A stretch of 23,302 nucleotides of DNA. Source: Macrostomum lignano. Taxonomy: Eukaryota. The stretch is taken from contig NIVC01005183.1 in assembly GCA_002269645.1 (NCBI GenBank), positions 1 through 23,302 of the forward strand. The letters run 5' to 3'. Shown piece by piece: positions 9,707 to 23,302 of this stretch (the first letter of the stretch is position 1; every line of letters begins with the position of its first letter). Position numbers and translations under genes: made by a program. The notes beneath the pieces are model-generated. The model searched no databases. It saw nothing but the letters and a program-made list of their open reading frames with translations, and was not told the origin of the DNA.

Positions 9707-11370
9707 GACTGACAGGTGACGAGGCTTCGGCGCTATCAGCAGTTCGTCTACCTCGGCGGTCCAGGTACCTGACGTTCGCCAGGATCTGCGACACGTCGCC
9801 GTGGACTTACCCCTGGGCTGCCTTTCGTTCCGTGAGGGCTGTCCTGCAATCCGAGGCCCTGCCTGCCCGCCAGAGGGCGGCGTTGTTCCAGGCGGTGATC
9901 GAGACCGTCCTGTACGTTGTACAATGCCGAGACCTGGACGCTGACGGATTCGCTCTGAAACAGCAGGTCAATGCGGCGCACGCTGGCCTGCTGCGCGCCG
10001 ACTTCAAGATCGGCTACGAGCCGGTCACCAATGCGGCACTCTATCTGATGTGTTCCTTATTACCAGAATTTCTCTGTAATCAAGGAACAATCACTTCTAG
10101 CTCAGTAGCTAGGCAACCCAGTAAGTCAACTGCAGGTACTCAATTACCTTGAATCCGGGTGGGCTGTTCTTTTCCTAGAGTAGTTCTCGCAATAGGTCTC
10201 TCAGTGGATCCGTAGGTCTCGTTTATCTTCCGGAAGACTCTGTTGCTCTGGTTGGATTTCTTCTTTGTTTCTCACCGGCCGGTATCTGTCGTTCGGACCA
10301 ATGGGAAGCTTCCAATTACAATGGGTACCCTGCGCCAACTGCGGTTCAATATAGGCCTCCTTCTTCTAGCAGTGCCTCTATGTACTCTAGGTATAGCTCC
10401 GGTATTCTCTAGCAGATCTTCTAAGATCTACTAGGGTAGTCCTTCGGGCGACTACAACCAATGGAGTCTCAAATGGACTCAAGAGTCTCAACAGACTCTA
10501 ACACTATATCACAAGTGAGTCGACTCAACAACAACGGGCGCAAATAAGGAAGGCTTACCGCAAGTCACTCGACCGAGTCTAGAGTTGATCTAGGAAGTCT
10601 TGGCTAAAGCTTCCTCTTCGGAGCTCCTTCTCCTTCCGGAGACCGGTTTCTTGGCTCCGGGTCCACTTCGGACCACTTGTATTTATAGGCAAATGAACTT
10701 CTCTCGAGGTCGTCCATCACTTTTTCGTAAATGTCAAAGGGTCACGATTCGGTGGCTGTCAAGCATGACAGGGTAGAAAGTTGCGCAACTAGTCTACTTA
10801 AAAGCGCATGATTGGTTACCGTAGCTGGTAGCCTTCGATTGGTTCATCCGGGTGCAAACCGGATGCAAGCCAAATGATGAATCGCAGGTGGGGTTTGAAC
10901 TGACAATAGGTCGCACGTGATGATGAATACGCAATGTATTGCATGTTGGTCGGTTGCCAAAAAGCATGACCGACTTTTCTCTCTTTTGATTGGTTGATTA
11001 AAATATATGTATGGTTCAGTGCATATCTTTATACATGCTACTTAGTATACTACTGAATAAAATGTGTGAGTAGTACATTAACACTTTTCTTCTCTTACGG
11101 GAGGTAGAACAATCTACATATCCCCTCTCCCGTCCCAGCGAATGGTTGCGCCATCGGTGACTCAGCTGGCAGGCCATTTCATCCGAGCCGAGTCCTATAC
11201 TGCCCACAGCCGGGTCAGGAGGTGCTGCTGCTGACGCTGCTGACGTTTCGTCGACTGCCTGCTGGCTGATGCCGGCGTTTGCGCCCCGGCCTTGAAATGT
11301 GCTTTAAGACATTGTCTGTGACATTGACACTGGCTGAGAATGTATTTTGTTGTTGTAGTTATTGTCGTTG
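9707..11370 (+). mobile_element. 5'-truncated RTE-clade LINE, TSD-flanked, interrupted by a solo LTR
   Basis: QQFVYLGG..VPDVRQDL..WAAFRSVRAVLQSEALPARQRAALFQAVIETVL..NAETWTLTD..QQVNAAHAGLLRA.FKIG.E.VTNAALY (to 10044) resumes at about 11125 as LSRPSEWLRHR*LQLAGHFIRAESY.PQPGQEVLLLTL..FVDCLLADAG. The 3'UTR matches the copy at 3442 (CTGTGAC.TTGA...GCTG.AGAAT) and a TTGTTG tail follows. TSD TTTTCCGCT at 9698-9706 and 11371-11379. Confidence 0.85.
10046..11118 (-). mobile_element. Solo LTR (1073 bp), 4-bp TSD, probably Gypsy-type
   Basis: TG...CA termini in both readings; TSD TATC at 10042-10045 and 11119-11122; splits a colinear RTE ORF. On the minus strand three CCAAT boxes (plus ATTGG near 10990, 10840, 10813) precede TATAAATA (near 10680-10687), and AATAAG lies about 14 nt from the end. 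Confidence 0.8.
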
Positions 11371-11726
11371 TTTTCCGCTTTAGTGCCTCTTTTTAAAGTG
11401 TGCAAGACGAACGTGCGTTCCGAGTCACTGCAAGATAGGCAATGTAATGCACGAGCTAGCACTGCGTCGTGATTTCAAGGCTCCACTTGGTGAAATATTG
11501 TGAAAAGATGAGTCCCCGTTAGTAAACTTAGGTCAAAGCTTAGAGACCCATGACTCTGTTTTTTCCAAGTGGAAATGGCCGCATTACTTGTATTATACGT
11601 TGTGTTGAAGTCGGCGAAAGCATTAAGACACATTAAATATATAGACCATAGTCTATGGTTCAAACTCATCCAGATAGAATGAACCTATTCAACAAGTAAA
11701 TTGCTGCAAAATCATCTCTAAACTCG

Positions 11727-11732
11727 TATAAG
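11727..11732 (+). promoter_or_regulatory. Candidate TATA box of the orphan gene
   Basis: TATAAG 64 nt upstream of ATG 11791; position is plausible but this is a motif match only. Confidence 0.3.
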
Positions 11733-11790
11733 ATCTGCCCGGCTGACTTCATCAGCAATTTCTGTAGCCAACTGTTCAACAGCAGCAGAC

Positions 11791-12548
11791 ATGTCTCGCT
11801 ACCGCGGTTTCACAGTCTCCTTTAATTCCATTGGCGCCGGCAAAATCCTGCGCAAGTACCTGGTGCTCGCCTGCCAGGAGATGCTCACTCCGCTGCTCAA
11901 CCAGGCCAACGTCAACATGGTCGAGGCCAAGTGCCAGTGCCAGATTGTCATCAACACTCGGGCCGTGTTTCGCAAGGGCGCCATCGGTACCTGGGTGAAA
12001 TTCCAACTGCTCCAGGTGATCGCACCTAGCAACGCTAAGCATGTGCTAACTGCTAGAAGGCCTCCTACCTAGGCAATACGGTTCTTGAGGAGGAGTACAA
12101 AGACACGGCCAAATCGCGAATCCAATGCAACGAGTTTGTGCCCGACAACAAAGACCTAGTGTTCAACTTCCATCGCAATGGCATCATGCACTACAAGTAC
12201 GGCGAGGTGGAAGACCTCTACACGCCGGGAGCGCCTCTGGTTGACAAGAAGACTCTAAAGAAGATTGTACCGCCGTGGAAGATCACAAAACGGGAGCACC
12301 AGGGCGTCGCGCTGCCCAGTAGAAACTTCCCGCTGCAACGCCGGCTGAATATGATCGGCCTGCTGGACATGCTGCTGCTGGGCGCCGAGTACACGGGCGA
12401 AACGGTGGACGGCAACAAGAACAATCCGGAGAATTTGAACAACGCCGAGGTTGACACGCACCCGATGCGGCGAAACGCGCCGCCGCTGTTTGCCGGACGC
12501 TCTGACCCGACCAGACGGTCGCCGCCGCCCTACTTCGCATTTATCTGA
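11791..12548 (+). CDS. Two-exon hypothetical protein, 238 aa (exons 11791-12015 and 12057-12548)
   Basis: 41-nt GT-AG intron 12016-12056 with branch-point-like GCTAAC, phase 0. It joins MSRYRG...FQLLQ in frame to KASYLGN...PPPYFAFI*. GC3-rich codon usage; AATAAA at 12893-12898. No domain recognised. Confidence 0.75.
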
Positions 12549-13039
12549 GGATGAGAAGTGCGTGTGTCACTCCGTTTCTGTAACGAATATGAACAAGTCA
12601 GTAACGATGCTTCGAGCTAACAATATTGTACGATAAGCTTTTGTCCTGTTATGCTGAGTTCCGCTATGCTCAGGATGTTGTTTTTGGTTTTTCAAAAAAC
12701 ACAACTATCCAATTCTTTACTTTGAACTTTGATGCATTTTTTTCGGAACCGTCGCACAAGAACTTCGGTTGGATTCTTATCAAATTCTGGTTTATTTTTT
12801 TTTTCAAAACGTGCGAATAACAGCTAGTACCTATGTTGGAATTGTGAAGTTGAGACAGCAGAATGTCAATGCAGATAAACTGTAACTTCAGAAATAAAAC
12901 AGCAAAGATGAACTGCTCTGTAAATGTAAAAGTTATCAGCGTTGGGACTTTTTTCCTTTAAATGCATGAAAATTTGGCGTTGAAGTATCTATATTTAATT
13001 AGAAAATTGCCAGAAAATTTGTTTTTATAGAGAAAGAGC

Positions 13040-13500
13040 AAAAACAACAACAGCAACAACAACCACGACCACAACAACAACAAAAAGCACAACAACAACA
13101 ACAAGGCACAACAATAACAATCAAATAGCCAGGGACTACTTAAACTACTTAGTTAGTTAGTTAGTTTGTTAGTTTAAGTAGTCCCTGCAAACAGCAAAAA
13201 CCACAACATGCACAACAACAACAACCAAACAACAACCTCAACGACAATAGGAACAAAAACAACACCAACAACAATCACAACTATAGAACAATACCAACAA
13301 CAACAAACACAACGACAAAAACAGCAACAACAACAACCAGAACAATAACAACAACAACAACAAAACAACAACAACACCAACAACACCAACAACAACAAAA
13401 ACAACAATAGGAACAATAACAACAACAACAAAACAACAACAACACCAACAACAATCACAACCAAGAACAAGCAAAACAACAACAACAACAACATCAACCA
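13040..13500. repeat. Degenerate (CAA)n low-complexity tract
   Basis: Imperfect AAC/CAA runs between two convergent genes. Confidence 0.95.
13130..13187. mobile_element. 58-bp hAT-like micro-MITE
   Basis: Perfect 18-bp TIRs CAGGGACTACTTAAACTA (13130-13147) / TAGTTTAAGTAGTCCCTG (13170-13187) around a (TTAG)n core. 8-bp flanks CAAATAGC / CAAACAGC match at 7 of 8. Confidence 0.7.
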
Positions 13501-13651
13501 AGCGCAATTAAAAACGCTCTTTAATAAAGATATCTCTGAACAGCTGAAGTAAGGACGCTTTACACTTTTCTAAGTTTCTCAGAAATGAGCTAGAGGTCGG
13601 AGTTTGCAAACCGGAAGTCCTCCAAGTGCATAGGTGCGTGAATTAGCGATG

Positions 13652-14729
13652 TCAGGAAGGCGGGCTTCGCATCAGGCTATCTTTTTTCAACATCGCCTTG
13701 TCTCTGCTTCTTTCTAGTCTCGCATTTTTCTCTCGTTCCAGTTTCAACTCCGCGTCCAGCAGGTCCTCATGTTTATAGAGATTGTAGCTCTGCCGTTTGC
13801 CGCTAGGCGAATACCCAATGATGCCGTCAATGGTTGACAAAATGCCTGAAGCGACATCCGTCACAGACGATTTACTAGTGGCGTCAACCATGAACACGCT
13901 TCTATTTTTCATCTTTTTCATCAGCAGAGCAAACGGCACAGAGTCCTTCTTGCGCTGTTCCAGCCAGTCTTGAAATTTTGTCTGATCACCGCCAAGACAG
14001 TCGCCGTGGGTGAACACCAGCACTAGGAATGTCCAGAAACTTTCACCAAACAGTTTTTTAAGATGCTTCAACGAAAGCTCGTCGTCAGTTGAGTAGGGCT
14101 TGTCCAGTCTGAGGACTAGCAGGAATGCGCTAACGCCATCGTTGCTCGACGATACAGCCGGCTTGAGCAGCTCTAGGTTGAGGCTCCTGGCGCTCGGTGT
14201 GTCAGTCACTGTGAGCTTGCGACCTTTGAGAACTCCCTGCCGTAGGGATAAATGCGACGGATTTGAGACGGCGAGTGGATTTTTGCGTTGTTGTATGGGT
14301 TTTAATTGTGTTAGCGTCTGGGATTTTAGTGTTGGGATCTGGGATTTTAGTGTTGGGATCTGGGATTTTAGGATTGGAATCTGGGATTTTAGTGTTGGGA
14401 TCTGGGATTTTAGTTTTGGGATCGAGGATTTTAGTGTTGGGATCTGGGATTTTAGGATTGGAATCTGGGATTTTAGTGTTGGGATCTGGGATTTCCGTTT
14501 TGGGGTCGGGGATTTTAAGTGTTGGGATCTGGGATTTTAGTGTTGGGATCGGGGATTTTTAGTGTTGGGATCCGGGATTTTAGTGTTGGGATCTGGGATT
14601 TATATAACTCCGAACCCTCACCGATACGCAGATCGGGCCAGAAGCTGTAGCGCCACCGCTCGGCACAGAAAATGCGTCCTCTTTCCCTAGCAACCGGTTG
14701 CCAAAGCAAGTATATTTGAAACATACAGT
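13652..14729 (-). CDS. AIG1/GIMAP-family GTPase-like protein (last exon 13652-14236; upstream exon 14622 to about 14729)
   Basis: TCFGNRLLGKEDAFSV...C matches the AIG1 GN.ILG..F motif. It splices through a GT-AG phase-0 intron (14621-14237) to GVLKGRKLTVTDTPS...GVSAFLLVLRLD.PYSTDDE..LK.L.KLFGE.FW.F.VLVFTHGD.L...NRSVF, with a C-terminal coiled-coil-like tail. Confidence 0.82.
14317..14600. repeat. 21-bp intronic minisatellite (GGGATTTTAGTGTTGGGATCT), about 13 units
   Basis: Period 21 (14341, 14362); lies within the GIMAP intron. Confidence 0.95.
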
Positions 14730-14869
14730 CTAGATGGCATAATTTATAAGACAACCAAGAATAGCGTCCTGATTAACTGCAGTTTTTGATGGTGAAAACT
14801 TATTTTTACCTTAAAGGCCATATATATGTATAAGCGAATTCATATTCTATTAGCGAGAATAGAATATGA

Positions 14870-15118
14870 AAGACGAAAGAGAGGAGAGGTGGAGAGGCGA
14901 GAGGTGGGATGAGAGAAGAGACAAGAAAGTAAGAGGAGAGACGAGAGAGAGGGGAGATTAGAGAGGGAAGATAGCCTAAGGAGAGGAGAGAGAAGATAAG
15001 AGAGGAGAGAGGGGAGATAACAGAGGAGAGAGGGGAGATAATAGAGGAGAGAGGGAAGATAAGAGAGGAAAGAGGGGAGATAAGAGAGGAAAGAGGGGAG
15101 ATAAGAGAGCTGAGAAGA
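14870..15118. repeat. Polypurine 21-bp repeat (AGAGGAGAGAGGGGAGATAAG-like)
   Basis: Period 21 (15001, 15022, 15043); almost only A/G on the plus strand. Confidence 0.9.
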
Positions 15119-15188
15119 CACAAACCCTGAGCAGGCTGGAGTGCTATATTATGAAGTTTCACAGGACCCGAGAACCAGAGAGAAGCTT

Positions 15189-15232
15189 CGCGGGCCGCAT
15201 GTGGCCCGCGGGCCGGAGTCTGCCGACCCCTG
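15189..15232. mobile_element. Isolated right terminus of a Charlie-type hAT transposon
   Basis: CGCGGGCCGCATGTGGCCCGCGGGCCG...GTCTGCCGACCCCTG is the subterminal palindrome plus TIR (reverse complement CAGGGGTCGGCA) typical of Charlie/MER-type hAT ends. No left end found. Confidence 0.65.
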
Positions 15233-15273
15233 CCTTACATAGGGCGAGCCTTATATCCACGTATCCCTCTCGC

Positions 15274-15482
15274 CTTACCGCAGCCGGTGGTGCGTTTGAA
15301 GTGCAGTACGACGTTGAGAAGTAGCCTTTGTAGGCTATTCAAAATTCCAACCCAAAGCTGCCGACTCGAGCAGAATTGCAACAGCAGCTTGGCACCAACT
15401 GCGAATGCAGATGCTGTAGGCTTTAGGCATATTTAAATTGGGCCTGCAGTACACCAACTAAAGCAATCCTAAGTTTGCGCAT
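15274..15482 (-). CDS. Candidate 5' coding segments of the GIMAP gene (MRKLRIALVG at 15482-15453; LNVVLHFKRTTGCGK at 15318-15274)
   Basis: Beta1- and P-loop-like peptides upstream of, and on the same strand as, the GIMAP exons; G|GTAAG donor at 15278. Splicing path unresolved. Confidence 0.45.
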
Positions 15483-15754
15483 TGCCACACAATAGCACGT
15501 CCGCTACCATTTTCTCTCTCGCAGCTAAACAATAAAACAACCCTCAGTACGCGAGAAGAAAAAACAAATATTGAATGTACATTCGATTGTGGCGCGCTTG
15601 CACTCGTAAAGCATCGAGATCGAAACAAACAGAATAGAGAGAGAGCGAGAGAGAGGCAAAATTTTGGTCAACTATTGCTTTAGCTGCATGAGGTCAAAGT
15701 ATATGTAGATCATCTTTAGACAAGATGTAAAACCAGGAGCAGATTTTCTACAGT

Positions 15755-17690
15755 ACTCACAATCTCACCATTTTTAGCGCCACAATCTCATCATTTTTAG
15801 CGCCACAATCTCATCATTTTTAGCGCCACAATCTCATCATTTTTAGCGCCACAATCTCATCATTTTAGCGCCACAATCTTATCTTTTTTAGCGCCACAAT
15901 CTCATCTTTTTTAGCGCCACAATCTCATCATTTGTAGTGCCACAATCTTATCATTTTTAGCGCCACAATCTCATAATTTTTAGCGCCACAATCTAATTAT
16001 TTTTAGCGTCAGTCTCTTCAGTTTTAGCGCCACAATCTAATTATTTTTAGCGTCAGTCTCTTCAGTTTTAGCGCCACAATCTAATTATTTTTAGCGTCAG
16101 TCTCTTCAGTTTTAGCGCCACAATCTAATTATTTTTAGCGTCAGTCTCTTCAGTTTTAGCGCCACAATCTAATTATTTTTAGCGTCAGTCTCTTCAGTTT
16201 TAGCGCCACAATCTAATTATTTTTAGCGTCAGTCTCTTCAGTTTTAGCGACACAATCTCATCATTTCTAGCTCCACATCTGCGCCATTTTTAGCGCCACA
16301 ACTGCACAAGTTTCAGCGCCACAACCAAGCCATTTTAAGCGCCATAGCAGTGCCATTTTTAGCGCCACAACTGCACGCCATTTTAGTTCCACTAATGTGC
16401 CATTTATAGTGCCACAACCAGTGGCCGTAGCAAGCCCCCCCTGAAATTTTCGCGCCAATACAAAAAAATGTGCGCTATTAGTATACGCGTTAATAAAGTC
16501 CAAAAAACACACCGGAGTGATTCTTGAGGAAAAAGCATTATACTTAACAAAAATATGGAAAATTCTTATCATTCTTTGGCTAAATTCCACACCGTACCGT
16601 AGGCAATAAAGTCTGCTCCTTTTTAATGATCACGCACTCACTGATATATTTTTATCAAAAAGATGTTATCCCTATCACTATCTAGTGTAACTTGTAAGTC
16701 TAGTTCACAGATACTAAAACACTAGATGGTCCACTCCCTACCTATCTCTGCAGTGCAAACTAATGCTCCTTTATTTAGCCTACTCTTATTTGGGCACATG
16801 GAGCGCGAATTGATATTGAATTTGGTGACGAGTCATCAGACTTATTGTTGTTGGCAATCGACAGAAGCTCGGAACCAATAGAAACCCCTCTTTTTCTGTG
16901 TAAAAAAAGCAAAAAATATTCTTGAACGCTTGAAAAATAAGTTATTTCAATTCTGCTTCAATTTTTCGCGCCATGGTCGAAAATTTCGCGTATTCGCGCC
17001 ACACTACAGCCACTGGCCACAACTGTTCCATTTTAGCGCCACAATCGCGCCCTTTATATAGTGCCACAACTCCGCTGTTTCGGGCGCCACAACTGCGCCA
17101 TAACTGAGCTATTTTAGCGCCACAACTGCGTCACATCTAGCTCCACAACTGCGTCATATCTAGCGCCACAATTGCGTCATATCTAGCGCCTCAACTGCGT
17201 CATATCTAGCGCCATAATTGCGTCATATCTAGCGCCTCAACTGCGTCATTTTTAGCGCCACAACTGCGTCATATATCAGCGCCACAGTTGCGTCATATCT
17301 AGCTCCACAACTGCGTCATTTTTAGTGCCACAACTGCGTTATATCTAGCGCCACAATTGCGTCATATCTAGCGCCTCAACTGCGTCATTTTTAGCGCCAC
17401 AACTGCGTCATATATCAGCGCCACAGTTGCGTCATATCTAGCTCCACAACTGCGTCATTTTTAGTGCCACAACTGCGTTATATCTAGCGCCACAATTGCG
17501 TCATATCTAGCGCCTCAACTGCGTCATATCTAGCGCCACAATTGCGTCATATCTAGCGCCTCAACTGCGTCATTTTTAGCGCCACAACTGCGTCATATAT
17601 CAGCGCCACAGTTGCGTCATATCTAGCGCCTCAACTGGGTCATTTTTAGTGCCACAACTGCGTCATATCTAGCGCCACAACTGCATTATT
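15755..17690. repeat. 23-bp satellite family (core TTTAGCGCCACAA) with 44-bp and 139-bp higher-order units, split by a MITE
   Basis: 23-bp period (17161, 17184, 17207); 44-bp dimer (16021, 16065); 139-bp six-monomer unit (17230, 17369, 17508). Confidence 0.95.
16419..17015. mobile_element. 597-bp hAT-type MITE with 8-bp TSD
   Basis: TIR CAGTGGCCGTAG / CTACAGCCACTG (11 of 12); TSD GCCACAAC at 16411-16418 and 17016-17023; AT-rich non-repetitive interior with no ORF of note. Confidence 0.8.
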
Positions 17691-17891
17691 TTGATAAAAA
17701 TCGAAGAAACACAAAAAAATTTTTGATAGCAGTTCACAATTTTAAGCACGATTCGCTTCTTATAACATACGTAGAAATACAATTTGTTTGACAATTTATA
17801 TATATATATTTAATATAGACGAAATTACACGTACACACAAAAGAGCGGATTAAAGAGCCCCCAATATCGAGTCTGTACAATTTTGTTATTT

Positions 17892-17897
17892 TTTATT
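17892..17897 (-). promoter_or_regulatory. Candidate polyadenylation signal of DDX42
   Basis: AATAAA on the minus strand 11 nt after the stop codon. Confidence 0.4.
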
Positions 17898-17908
17898 TTA
17901 AACTTTGT

Positions 17909-22649
<4,741 letters not shown>

Positions 22650-22694
22650 CTGCAGTTTGCAGTTGGAGTCTCGGCCGTGAGTTAGGAGCACACG

Positions 22695-23302
22695 ACATGA
22701 ACCCCACGGGATAGGACATGACCCTCATGGGATAGAGCACATGACCCCATGGGATAGGAGGACATGACCCCCATGGGATAGGAGGACATGAACCCCCACG
22801 GGATAGGAGCGCATGACCCTTATAGGATAGGAGCACATGACCCCCACGGGATAGGAGGACATGACCCCCATGGGATAGGAGGACATGACCCCCATGGGAT
22901 AGGAGGACATGACCCCCATGGGATAGGAGGACATGAACCCTATGGGATAGGAGCGCATGACCCTTATAGGATAGGAGCGCATGACCCTTATAGGATAGGA
23001 GCGCATGACCCTTATAGGATAGGAGCACATGACCCTCATGGGATAGGAGCACATGACCCCCATGGGATAGGAGTACATGACCCCTATAGGATAGAAGCAC
23101 GACCCCCACGGGATAGGAGCGCATGACCCTTATAGGATAGGAGCACATGACCCCCACGGGATAGGAGGACATGACCCCCATGGGATAGGAGGACATGACC
23201 CCATGGGATAGGAGGACATGACCCCCATGGGATAGGAGGACATGAACCCTATGGGATAGGAGCGCATGACCCTTATAGGATAGGAGCGCATGACCCTTAT
23301 AG
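22695..23302. repeat. 24-bp intronic minisatellite (GGGATAGGAGGACATGACCCCCAT), runs off window end
   Basis: Period 24, upstream of the DDX42 acceptor at 22651-22650. Confidence 0.95.

Noticed and set aside
10436-10455. cUUCGg tetraloop hairpin inside the solo LTR
   Set aside because: Short bulged stem on the strand opposite the inferred LTR transcript; likely chance.
11824-11850. SIGAGKI as a nucleotide-binding P-loop in the orphan protein
   Set aside because: Lacks the leading Gly and the S/T after Lys, and no Walker B context is evident.
5217-14693. TCCCTAGCAAC RFX/X-box-like half-sites in the MULE TIRs and in GIMAP
   Set aside because: Half-sites only; the GIMAP instance is explained by coding sequence (RLLGK).
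13174-15162. Hydrophobic or Leu/Ser-rich ORFs at 13174, 13238, 14100, 14263, 14806 and 14840
   Set aside because: Read-throughs of the CAA, 21-bp and polypurine repeats.

Overview
Repeat-rich eukaryotic (metazoan) genomic DNA with spliceosomal introns. A Macrostomum-like flatworm is my inference from the recalled RTE protein family and the minisatellite load; I could not verify it. No CRISPR array, tRNA, rRNA or ribozyme is supported. Genes: (1) the 3' five exons of DEAD-box helicase DDX42 (minus, 17909-22649), with six single-base frameshifts that look like consensus errors and a different minisatellite in every intron; (2) a divergent AIG1/GIMAP GTPase (minus, 13652 to about 15480) whose P-loop appears split into three pieces; (3) a two-exon 238-aa orphan ORF (plus, 11791-12548); (4) a frameshifted signal-peptide/PAN/C-type-lectin gene (plus, 8287-9030). 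Mobile DNA: a Mutator-like element (193-bp TIRs, 9-bp TSD, 2532-6700) with a second 9-bp-TSD element (2539-5037) inserted into its left TIR and carrying decayed RTE LINE pieces and a MITE; a TSD-flanked RTE fragment interrupted by a solo LTR (10046-11118); a 597-bp hAT-type MITE inside a 23-bp satellite; a 58-bp hAT-like micro-MITE; and a lone Charlie-type hAT end. Fourteen TACATGTA octamers, matching the Tc1 excision footprint, lie in the first 9.4 kb and I found none after that.
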